In this document: piece after piece, positions 8,998 to 16,317 of the stretch
Layout of the letters: each line of letters begins with the position of its first letter
Numbering within the stretch: the stretch's first letter is position 1
NCBI GenBank assembly: GCA_020723435.1
Contig: DYIV01000005.1
Span: 1-46,861 of the forward strand
From: Slackia heliotrinireducens
Lineage (GTDB): Bacteria > Actinomycetota > Aquicultoria > DYIV01
Length of the DNA: 46,861 bases
Direction: 5' to 3'
The notes under the pieces: model-generated
Database searches by the model: none
Told to the model about the DNA's origin: nothing
Seen by the model: only the letters and a program-made list of their open reading frames with translations
Translations under genes and position numbers: made by a program

Positions 8998-9903
8998 TCA
9001 GGAGATTGGTCCTCCCAGCAGGTCCATCATCTGCTTGGCGTTCATCACCGCGTAGTTGCGGTAGCAGTTGTTCATGAGCAAGTGAGTGGAGCCGGCCTTG
9101 GAAGCCATCTCCCTCACGCGCCGAGCCCAATGAATGAGCTCCGTCTGATTGTAGAGGTAGCGGAATCGCTCGGCCGCGGTGATCCCCTTCGCCTCCCAGG
9201 TCTCGACGTTGCGTCCGTGAAACCTCACCATGGCCAGATCGGCCGTGGCCTCCGCAGTGGGCGGCACCGAGGAGGCGAAGCCCTGCGGCTCGTCAACGTT
9301 GACGTAGGTCAAACCGTTGTCGGCAAGCAGGCCGAGCGTGGCGTCGCGATGCGCCTCGTCCATCCAGTCCCCACGCCGGAACTCCACCGCCAAAGGGATC
9401 GTCGGCATCCGCTCCTTGCACTCGAGGATGTAGTCCCGGCTGCGGCGACCCGGCACGAACCAGGGAGGAAACTGGAGCAGGACGGCCCCGAGTTTGCCCG
9501 CCGAATCGAGAGGGAGCAGTGCGGTGCGGAATTCATCCCAGACGATGTCGACGGCCTCCGGCGGAAGATCGGAGATGTATACTCCGCCCTTGGTGAGCAA
9601 CGCCGGATCGACCATCTCCTTGACCTGCGGCGGAAGCGAATCAGGCCTTGTCGGATGCTGGGTCAGCAGCGAATAGGCCTTGATGTTGAAGACGAAGTCC
9701 GGCGGCGTGCGCGTCACCCACAGGGCAGCGTTTCGCTGTGTCGGGAGGTAGTAGTATGAGCTGTCCACCTCGACTAGGGGGAAGTTCGAAGCGTAGAAGG
9801 CCAGGCGCTTCTCGGCCGTATTGACCCCGGGAGGATAGAACGCGCCTGACTTGATGAGTGTCGCGTCCGTCCAAGACGAGGTGCCTACGAGAATGCCGGC
9901 CAA
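8998..9903 (-). CDS. DUF72 (YecE/UPF0759) family protein
   Basis: GTSSWTDATLIKSGAFYPPG...RLAFYASNFPLVEVDSSYYYLP, LLQFPPWF and VEFRRGDW are characteristic DUF72 blocks. TTG start lies 5 nt after the upstream stop. Confidence 0.8.
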   Translation of the reverse strand: MAGILVGTSSWTDATLIKSGAFYPPGVNTAEKRLAFYASNFPLVEVDSSYYYLPTQRNAALWVTRTPPDFVFNIKAYSLLTQHPTRPDSLPPQVKEMVDPALLTKGGVYISDLPPEAVDIVWDEFRTALLPLDSAGKLGAVLLQFPPWFVPGRRSRDYILECKERMPTIPLAVEFRRGDWMDEAHRDATLGLLADNGLTYVNVDEPQGFASSVPPTAEATADLAMVRFHGRNVETWEAKGITAAERFRYLYNQTELIHWARRVREMASKAGSTHLLMNNCYRNYAVMNAKQMMDLLGGPIS

Positions 9904-9908
9904 TTGAC

Positions 9909-10337
9909 CTATCCCCCCGAAGTCACGACCCGCGCCACGCGTGAGAGCGGGTGGCCCTTCGCATTCATCTCAAACGTGTTGAACCAGCCGAAGGGCGTCT
10001 TCGACACGTCCATACCCCGCTCGCGCAGGTCTTCGACGACCTCGCCCAGCGAATACACGGCAATCTCCGCTCTCGCGAGCTCAGTGAAGAGATGCGCGAA
10101 TGAGCAGACAACCACCGAGTTCACTTTGAGTTGCGCGCAATGGTCCGCGATCGTGGTCGCGGCGGCGGCGGCCACCTGGTCGGGCCGAGCCTCGTCGTCC
10201 TTCTCGACGGCGGCCAGCACAACGACGGCCTCGCCCGTCGAGAGCGTCTTGGACTCCGGCTCCTCGATCACCGGACTGCGACCCTTCGAAGTGACCGTGC
10301 AGCTGAAGCTATTGACGTGGATCATCAGTATTCGCAT
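9909..10337 (-). CDS. Free-standing archaeal-type threonyl-tRNA synthetase editing domain (tRNA-Thr-ED, DTD-like fold) homologue
   Basis: MRILMIHVNSF..., VVLAAVEKDDE, VVVCSFAHLFTELA, LRERGMDVSKTPFGWFNTFEMNAKGHPLS line up block for block with the N-terminal editing domain of archaeal ThrRS as I recall it for Pyrococcus (MRVLLIHSDY.., PFAHLSSELA, LKERGFNV.KAPFGYYK.F...CKGHPLS). The ATG lies 2 nt after the PEPC stop. Confidence 0.85.
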   Translation of the reverse strand: MRILMIHVNSFSCTVTSKGRSPVIEEPESKTLSTGEAVVVLAAVEKDDEARPDQVAAAAATTIADHCAQLKVNSVVVCSFAHLFTELARAEIAVYSLGEVVEDLRERGMDVSKTPFGWFNTFEMNAKGHPLSRVARVVTSGG

Positions 10338-10339
10338 CG

Positions 10340-11947
10340 CTACCCCAGACTTCCCCGAATCCGCCCCATCTTAAGAATCCAATCCCTGACCAGCTCAGAC
10401 TCAAGATCGTGATCGGAAAGGGGCTCGCCGCCGATTCCCGCGAGCTGCTTGAGCATGGCCCGGCTCGTCTCCATTAGCGTGACGTGGAACTGGTCGTCCT
10501 TGCCGCGCGGTCCCGGCTCGATTCCCAGCCGTCGGGATGCCGCCTCGACGTCGGCCTTGGCCAGCTCCATCGCCTCCGCCGAGAGGAACTCGGCGGCGTT
10601 GCCCGGCTGGACGAAGCGCGCCGCGAATTCCAGATCGTCGCGGAGGCTGGGATAGGTGGCAAGCAGCCACTGCAGTGCGTCCTCCCCGTAGCGTGACGCC
10701 AGCTCGTCGAGCCCGCGCCCGACGCCGATGAACTCCGGTGGCAGACCGATCGAGTACAGCGCCGCGGTATAGGTGATCGCGCGCGGCAGTTGAACCTCAC
10801 CCCTAAAGGAGATGCCGGCAAGCTCGGCGGCGAGATCATCGTCGTCACCGTCGTGTAGCAGCTCGGCGGGCTTCGGCAGATCGCGCGCGTAGCCGACGGC
10901 GCTGATGCGCGCGAGGCGGTCGCGGCGGCGGGGGACAAGGTCGGCGATGCGGCAGACAGGGTCGATGATGAGCCTGAACGTCTCCAGGTAGTTCTTGGTG
11001 AAGACGCCGATGGCGCGGCGCAGGTTTGCCGCCTCGTCCTCGTCAAAGCGGCGCGGGCGGCCCTTCGCGAGGCGCTGGCGAAGAATCGACGCCAGTTGGC
11101 GCGTGGCGTCGGGCCCGATATCGTAACGCATCCCGGACTGCACGGTGACCGTTCGAACACCGGCGAATTCGTGCAACGTGTTCTCGATATTCTCCAGTCT
11201 AATGTGACCGCGGAACGGAAGCGCGCCGGCGCCGAGGATGGGATTGACCTGCATGGAGTGCTTCTCGGCCACCGCGGCGCAACCTGAGATGGCGAGCTTC
11301 GCCGCGAGGACCGCGGAGACGAGACCGTAGCCCAGCGCCGGGTCGGAGCGCCCCAGAAGGACGCGCATCGACTCAGCCGGATGGCCTTTGGCAACGTAGG
11401 CATCGATGAACGCGTCGAGCATGTCGGCGGAGCCAAGCAGCTCGGGCACCTCTTCAATGAGAGGGATGACGTGGATGGCGCTGGGGTCGTCTTCGAATCC
11501 GAACTCGACGTGGGCCAGGTGCGTCACGTCCTCGATGCGCCGGCGCACGGCCATCAACTCCTCGGCCGTCTCGACCATCGGCACGACTACCTCCACGACG
11601 GCGAGATCCCCGATCTCCTCCCGGGCTTTGTAGTTCGTCTCGATGACCGACAGCAGTGCCATCAGCTGCCGGAAGGGCGTCTCCTTGGCGGCGCTGGGCA
11701 GGCGCGGCGTCAGGCGCACGTCGCGCCCCGGCACGATGCCTTTTTCCAGCAAACCCGTCGCGATCTGCGCCGTCTGATGGTACGGTGTCAGCTTGCCCTC
11801 GAAGTCGATCATGATCTCCTCGAGGCCGAGACCGTCCGGCGCCGGCGTGAGTCCGTTGACCGCTTCCTCCGGCTCGTCCTGGATGGGTACGTAGCGCGAG
11901 GCGCTGTCCGGATGCTGAGTCATCATCGATGTGGGAATGCGGTTCAT
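10340..11947 (-). CDS. ppcA: Archaeal-type phosphoenolpyruvate carboxylase (PepcA family)
   Basis: N-terminus IPTSMMTQHPD, then LGLEEIMIDFEGKLTPYHQT, RLTPRLPSA.KE..FRQLM, SDPALGYGL, LPFRGH and C-terminal RIRGSLG are hallmark atPEPC blocks. Internal ATG 11947 (MNRIPTSMMTQHPD) is preferred to 12013. Confidence 0.9.
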   Translation of the reverse strand: MNRIPTSMMTQHPDSASRYVPIQDEPEEAVNGLTPAPDGLGLEEIMIDFEGKLTPYHQTAQIATGLLEKGIVPGRDVRLTPRLPSAAKETPFRQLMALLSVIETNYKAREEIGDLAVVEVVVPMVETAEELMAVRRRIEDVTHLAHVEFGFEDDPSAIHVIPLIEEVPELLGSADMLDAFIDAYVAKGHPAESMRVLLGRSDPALGYGLVSAVLAAKLAISGCAAVAEKHSMQVNPILGAGALPFRGHIRLENIENTLHEFAGVRTVTVQSGMRYDIGPDATRQLASILRQRLAKGRPRRFDEDEAANLRRAIGVFTKNYLETFRLIIDPVCRIADLVPRRRDRLARISAVGYARDLPKPAELLHDGDDDDLAAELAGISFRGEVQLPRAITYTAALYSIGLPPEFIGVGRGLDELASRYGEDALQWLLATYPSLRDDLEFAARFVQPGNAAEFLSAEAMELAKADVEAASRRLGIEPGPRGKDDQFHVTLMETSRAMLKQLAGIGGEPLSDHDLESELVRDWILKMGRIRGSLG

Positions 11948-12095
11948 GCCATGCTCCCCGGCCGTAGCGGTCCGTGTGGGAGACATAGTATCAATCAGCG
12001 GCAGGGTGTGCACTACGGATGAGGCGCATTGAGGATGTAGCTGCCTGCTGCCCGGCCGAGCGTGCCGGCGCGCGGCATCAGCCGGGATGCGGTCC

Positions 12096-15000
12096 CTATC
12101 TCACCCTGAGCGTTCTGGAGGAACTGACGCCGCTGGTGTGGTAGGTGTCGGAGGCGAGCACCACTCGCAGCGTGTATGTGGCGCGCGTCCACGGCCGCCA
12201 GAGACCCGTGTAGCGATTGTAGCGGTTCACCGTCGCGTAGGCGACCGTCACCCATGAGCCGCTCGAGGTGCGCCGCTGCAGCGCGACGCGTCGGCGGTAG
12301 TGACCGGGTTTGACCCAGCCCTTGAAGTAGTACCTCCCACCGCGCCGCACGCTCGACACGGCGGGCGCGAAGTAAACGCGGTGGGAGATGTATGTCGTGA
12401 TGGAGACCGATGACGCGTCGTGGTCGGCATCGCCCAGGAAGCGGACCTGGAGAGTCCCTCTCGTGCCCGGCCGAGCGCTCATGGAGAACGAACCCATCGC
12501 CGACGTGAGCGTGGACGCCACCAGATACCAGCGGCTCGACCGAACGGGACGCCAGTAGAGCCGCACCGTACTGCCGGCGTGGCGCGGCACGACCTCGCCG
12601 GCCACGGTCACGTAGTAGCCGTACGTCGCGCTGGCCGCGGCGCCGGGAGTAAGGTTCGTGACGCGAATCTCCGAGGCGGCCTTTTCGACGATGAAATCCT
12701 TCTGCATGATGGCGTCGGTCGTCTGCGACTCCGGCGTGCTCTCCCACGTCTGGTGTGCATCCCAGAACTCCTCGGACGTCACGGTAGCCACGGCGGAAGA
12801 GGTCACGTCATCGGTGTTCTTCACGCGCACGCTCACCGTCGCCGGCGTGCTCGTCGCTGGCATCGACAGATACAGCATCGGCGTGGTCGTGGTCTCAAGA
12901 GGCTGCTCGTAGCCATAGTCGCGCAGGGAGTCATCCTCATACTCGACGTCGACGACAGCGACGGCGTCGCGAACGACGCCTCCGGCCGCGGTCTGCAGAT
13001 TCAGCCGAATGCCGGTCCCGGCTGCCGGAGGTTTCGCCTGGCGCAGCGGCCTGGACGCGTCGGCGAGCTGTCCGATCGGCTCACCGTCGTCGTGCCTGCC
13101 GTTGCCGTCGACGTCGTAGTAGGCGCCCTGCAGCAGGAAGACCTGGTTGACCTGCGCGTCGGTTATTACGCCGTCATCGAGTGCGATGAACGCATCGTAG
13201 ACATCCTTCACGTTGCCCCGGTACTGTCCAAGCACCGCGTCCAGGGAGGCGAACGGCACGGTGATCGCCTCGTCGTCGGGCCCGCTCGGGTACGTGTCGT
13301 CGCTGTCGGTGAAGTCCCACATGATCCGCGCGACTACGTCCTCTTCCGTCATCGCGCCCCGGTTCGCGACGTAGTCTTGGTTCAACTCCAGATCGACGGC
13401 GCCGCCGTTGAACGCATACACCCACGGGCTGCTCGAACCGGCGGCCGGGTCGATGACGAACACGTGACTCGCCTTCATCACCGACGGGAAGTACATGGCC
13501 CAGCCCTCGACGAAACTGTCGGCGCTGCACTCGTTGGCCCAACCGGCATGGTTGGCGTCGCCCGGATGGAACGGCCACGGGCTGGCGGCAGGCGGCGTGT
13601 ACATGTCGAACTGCGCGTGATGCGCGAACTCGTGCCATTCGCGATTGACCGGGCGATCGGCGCTGCCGTAGCCGGCCGTATTGGCCCGGATGTAGATATC
13701 GTGATTGGCCGCCCAAGGATTCTCGTGATAGGCGCCGGTGCCGGCGGTCCCGACGACTATGTCCTCCGGCAGGGCCTCGTCGAGTGTGACTCCGAATAGC
13801 AGCGTCCAGCAGTCGACCGCCTGCTTGGTGTGGAAGTAGATCGCGGCGATGTCGTTCATGTCGGCGGAAGCCACGCCGGGCGACAGCGTCATACCCGCGG
13901 TGTTGGAGAAGTCGAAGTCTCGCGTGACGGCGCCGTTGGCGTCGGCGCTGGCCTTGGTGAAGAACCGTTTGGCGTAGATGGCGTCACCACCGGCTACCGC
14001 CCACAGCACGCGGAAGTTGGACGGATCGGCGTCGCCGTCTTGCAGGCTCACCTTGACGCAGTACTGCGTGGTGGCATCCATCACGAACGGGGTGAACGCG
14101 TAGGCGCCGCCGTAGCCTGTGGTGACGGTCTCGCGCGGGACGGTGTCGGTTCCTTCGAACAGCTCGACCCGAGTTTCCGCCAGCGCGTGGCCGTTGCCGT
14201 CGACCACCGTGCCCTTTACCTGGTTTGCCGGCGTGACCTCAATGGTGGCCTCGACGGATTCATCATCCTGCTCGCCGGTCACCGTCACCGTTCCCGCTCT
14301 GTACTTGGGCGTGAAGAGGCTTCGCGCGACGCCGCTCGCGTCGGTAGTCGGCGCCGCGTCTGACAGCGTTCCGTAGGTGAGGTCCGACAGCGACAGCCTG
14401 ACTGTCTCGCCTGGAATGGCGTCGCCGTTGTCGTCGGTGAGCGTCGCGGTGACGGCCGAGGTGGTCTCCCCGTCACCGGGCACCCGAGACGGCGTTGCGG
14501 TCACGGCAAGGTGTGTGTCCCCGCTGAGGATCGCGATGTAGTCGGATGCCGTGCTGCCCCAATGGAGGTAGCCGATGTTGCCCTTGAAGTAGGCGCGCAC
14601 CCTGATCCACTGGTTCGTCGCCGTGCGCGAGACATCGTAGGTGGCGCCGAAAGTCCTCCCTGACGCATATCTGTTCGTCCCCGGCACGTCGGGCTGTCCG
14701 TGCCATCCCTCGTAGGGCACGGGGCAGGTTTCGCTTTCAATCGCGGTCCACTGCCAGCCGTAATAGGAGTCATATCCAACACTCATGATCCCGGTCGCCG
14801 CCGGCGAGTAGCTCACGGTCGAGCCCGGACCCCAGATCGCGGCCTGGTACATGCCGGACGCCGCCCATCCGCTGTCGGTCCACACCCAACGCGGCTCGCC
14901 CACTCCGCCGTTGAGAACGGTGCCGGTTATGGTGAGCCTGTCGTTGCCCGGGCGCGTGAAGACGTGCTGGGAGACCCCTATGACACCCATGTCCGCGCCC

Positions 15001-15170
15001 CACCACGTTGCGCGCTCCTTCTCCGGCGGCGGTCCCAGCGCCGCATGCGCGTGGACCGGGATTGCACCGATGATAATGAAGATGGCGACCAGCGCCAGCG
15101 CGACGACTCCCGCCGTTCTGAGGCGCGCGTCAACGGTTCCCCATTGAGAACGCCCGCTCGCCACGCGCAT
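12096..15170 (-). CDS. Large secreted multidomain zinc metalloprotease (MA clan-like HEFAH...EGWAMY) with Big_1, CarboxypepD_reg-like and basic C-terminal modules
   Basis: Signal/anchor sequence VVALALVAIFIIIGAIPVHAHA. Invasin-type Ig domain (VPGDGETTSAVTATLTDDNGDAIPGETVRLSL...TTDASGVA). VKGTVVDGNGHALAETRVELFEG is carboxypeptidase-regulatory-like. HEFAHH is encoded at 13617-13634, with FVEGWAMYF downstream. Two Arg/Tyr-rich C-terminal modules. Start ATG 15170 (GAGGTGG upstream) is preferred to 15245. Confidence 0.75.
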   Translation of the reverse strand: MRVASGRSQWGTVDARLRTAGVVALALVAIFIIIGAIPVHAHAALGPPPEKERATWWGADMGVIGVSQHVFTRPGNDRLTITGTVLNGGVGEPRWVWTDSGWAASGMYQAAIWGPGSTVSYSPAATGIMSVGYDSYYGWQWTAIESETCPVPYEGWHGQPDVPGTNRYASGRTFGATYDVSRTATNQWIRVRAYFKGNIGYLHWGSTASDYIAILSGDTHLAVTATPSRVPGDGETTSAVTATLTDDNGDAIPGETVRLSLSDLTYGTLSDAAPTTDASGVARSLFTPKYRAGTVTVTGEQDDESVEATIEVTPANQVKGTVVDGNGHALAETRVELFEGTDTVPRETVTTGYGGAYAFTPFVMDATTQYCVKVSLQDGDADPSNFRVLWAVAGGDAIYAKRFFTKASADANGAVTRDFDFSNTAGMTLSPGVASADMNDIAAIYFHTKQAVDCWTLLFGVTLDEALPEDIVVGTAGTGAYHENPWAANHDIYIRANTAGYGSADRPVNREWHEFAHHAQFDMYTPPAASPWPFHPGDANHAGWANECSADSFVEGWAMYFPSVMKASHVFVIDPAAGSSSPWVYAFNGGAVDLELNQDYVANRGAMTEEDVVARIMWDFTDSDDTYPSGPDDEAITVPFASLDAVLGQYRGNVKDVYDAFIALDDGVITDAQVNQVFLLQGAYYDVDGNGRHDDGEPIGQLADASRPLRQAKPPAAGTGIRLNLQTAAGGVVRDAVAVVDVEYEDDSLRDYGYEQPLETTTTPMLYLSMPATSTPATVSVRVKNTDDVTSSAVATVTSEEFWDAHQTWESTPESQTTDAIMQKDFIVEKAASEIRVTNLTPGAAASATYGYYVTVAGEVVPRHAGSTVRLYWRPVRSSRWYLVASTLTSAMGSFSMSARPGTRGTLQVRFLGDADHDASSVSITTYISHRVYFAPAVSSVRRGGRYYFKGWVKPGHYRRRVALQRRTSSGSWVTVAYATVNRYNRYTGLWRPWTRATYTLRVVLASDTYHTSGVSSSRTLRVR

Positions 15171-15324
15171 GCCACAACCACCTCGAATAGACACGCCTAG
15201 CGCCATCCTTAACGGTTTCATCGGCAGGGTCGACGGTGGCCTCAAGGTGCGAGCGGCGCCTCACGCCGATGAATGGTCGCGCGGATTTTACATCATCCGG
15301 CCCGACACGTTACCATTGGCCTCA

Positions 15325-15714
15325 ATGTCCGATGGACCAATGAAGCATGCCACTCGCATAGCGCTGCTCATCTGCGGATGGGTCTTCCTCGCCGTCGGCG
15401 CGATCGGCGTCGTCGTCCCGATCCTGCCGACGGTCCCGTTCCTGATCGTCGCCGCCGCCTGTTTTCTGCGCAGCTCGGAGAGGCTGCACCGGTGGCTGGT
15501 GGACCACCCGATCTTCGGCAGAGACCTCAACAACTATCTCGACGGGAAGGGTATCCGCGCACGCTCGAAGATCATCGGCATGCTGGCGATGTGGATCAGC
15601 GTCACGATCTCGACGGTGTTCTTCGTGCCGTGGCTCGCCGCCGACGTCGTCATCATCGTCATCACGATTCTTGTGACGGCGCACATCTTGCGGCTGCCGA
15701 CGGCGCCGGACTAG
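15325..15714 (+). CDS. DUF454 (YbaN) family inner-membrane protein
   Basis: GWVFLAVGAIGVVVPILPTVPFLIVAAACFLRSSERLHRWL..HP.FG is the YbaN signature. The start is ATG 15325 or 15340. The 15169 start would overlap the divergent gene. Confidence 0.8.
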   Translation: MSDGPMKHATRIALLICGWVFLAVGAIGVVVPILPTVPFLIVAAACFLRSSERLHRWLVDHPIFGRDLNNYLDGKGIRARSKIIGMLAMWISVTISTVFFVPWLAADVVIIVITILVTAHILRLPTAPD

Positions 15715-15760
15715 CGTTGTCATTCGAAGGCGAACTGCCTAGTATCTAGCCCTGAAGACC

Positions 15761-15845
15761 GGAGAGGTGGCAGAGTGGTTGAATGCGGCGGTCTTGAAAA
15801 CCGTTGAGCCGCGAGGCTCCGGGGGTTCGAATCCCTCCCTCTCCG
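15761..15845 (+). tRNA. tRNA-Ser (anticodon UGA)
   Basis: Acceptor GGAGAGG/CCTCTCC, anticodon loop CTTGAAA, long variable arm, T-arm GGGGG-TTCGAAT-CCCTC, discriminator G. CCA is not encoded. Confidence 0.95.
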
Positions 15846-15996
15846 CAAGTGTGTTAGAATCCACGGCGAACAAGACGTGGGGTCTCGTTTTCGAAACTCT
15901 GTACGCTGCGGTGGGGCTACAGTGGGACGAGCTATGGTACCAGGCACTGCAGATGCACACAGCCCTCACAGACCCTTTCCGAATCCTGCCGACCGA

Positions 15997-16317
15997 ATGA
16001 GCGGACGCCAGACGCCTCCTTCATCATCCATCCGTCGCGCTTGCGGACGAAGACATGTGCTGTCGGCCGCGCTCGCCCTCGCCTTGGCGGGTTGCATCCT
16101 CGTGCCCTCGGCGCCTGCGGCACAGGAGACGCGTCCATTCTCGCCGTTCGGCGTCGCCGCGCACCTTCTGTGGTCGGATAGGAGCAACCCGGAGGTGGAG
16201 CTCGAGCTGGACCGAATGGCCGCGGCCGGTGTCCGATGGGTCCGCTTCGACGTGGGGTGGGTGAGCTTCGAGCCCAACAAGGGTGACTTCAGTACCCACT
16301 TCGCCAACCGCCTTTGA
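15997..16317 (+). CDS. Clan GH-A (TIM-barrel) glycoside hydrolase, N-terminal segment (frame 1), ending at the CUU UGA C frame-change site
   Basis: ATG 15997. Signal peptide with lipobox-like [15 protein letters not shown]...[29 protein letters not shown] is the usual strand1-3 region of GH5/GH39-like enzymes. The reading frame stops at TGA 16315-16317 in mid-domain. Confidence 0.75.
   Translation: MSGRQTPPSSSIRRACGRRHVLSAALALALAGCILVPSAPAAQETRPFSPFGVAAHLLWSDRSNPEVELELDRMAAAGVRWVRFDVGWVSFEPNKGDFSTHFANRL

Noticed and set aside
10474-11457. 327-aa minus-strand ORF in an alternative frame inside the PEPC gene
   Set aside because: It is in an overlapping frame of a gene with end-to-end atPEPC motifs, and its translation is Ser/Arg/Pro/Ala-rich low complexity.
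12420-13799. 459-aa plus-strand ORF (and others such as 13830..14363 and 14700..15200) inside the metalloprotease locus
   Set aside because: These are antisense to a 1000-aa ORF with recognisable Big_1, CarboxypepD_reg and HExxH regions. Their Arg/Gly/His-rich composition is typical of GC-rich shadow frames.
16283-16315. GTG 16283 as an independent start of the second glycosidase ORF
   Set aside because: It would start in mid-TIM-barrel with no signal peptide and no RBS, and it overlaps the upstream ORF. The two ORFs are halves of one domain joined by a +1 frame change.
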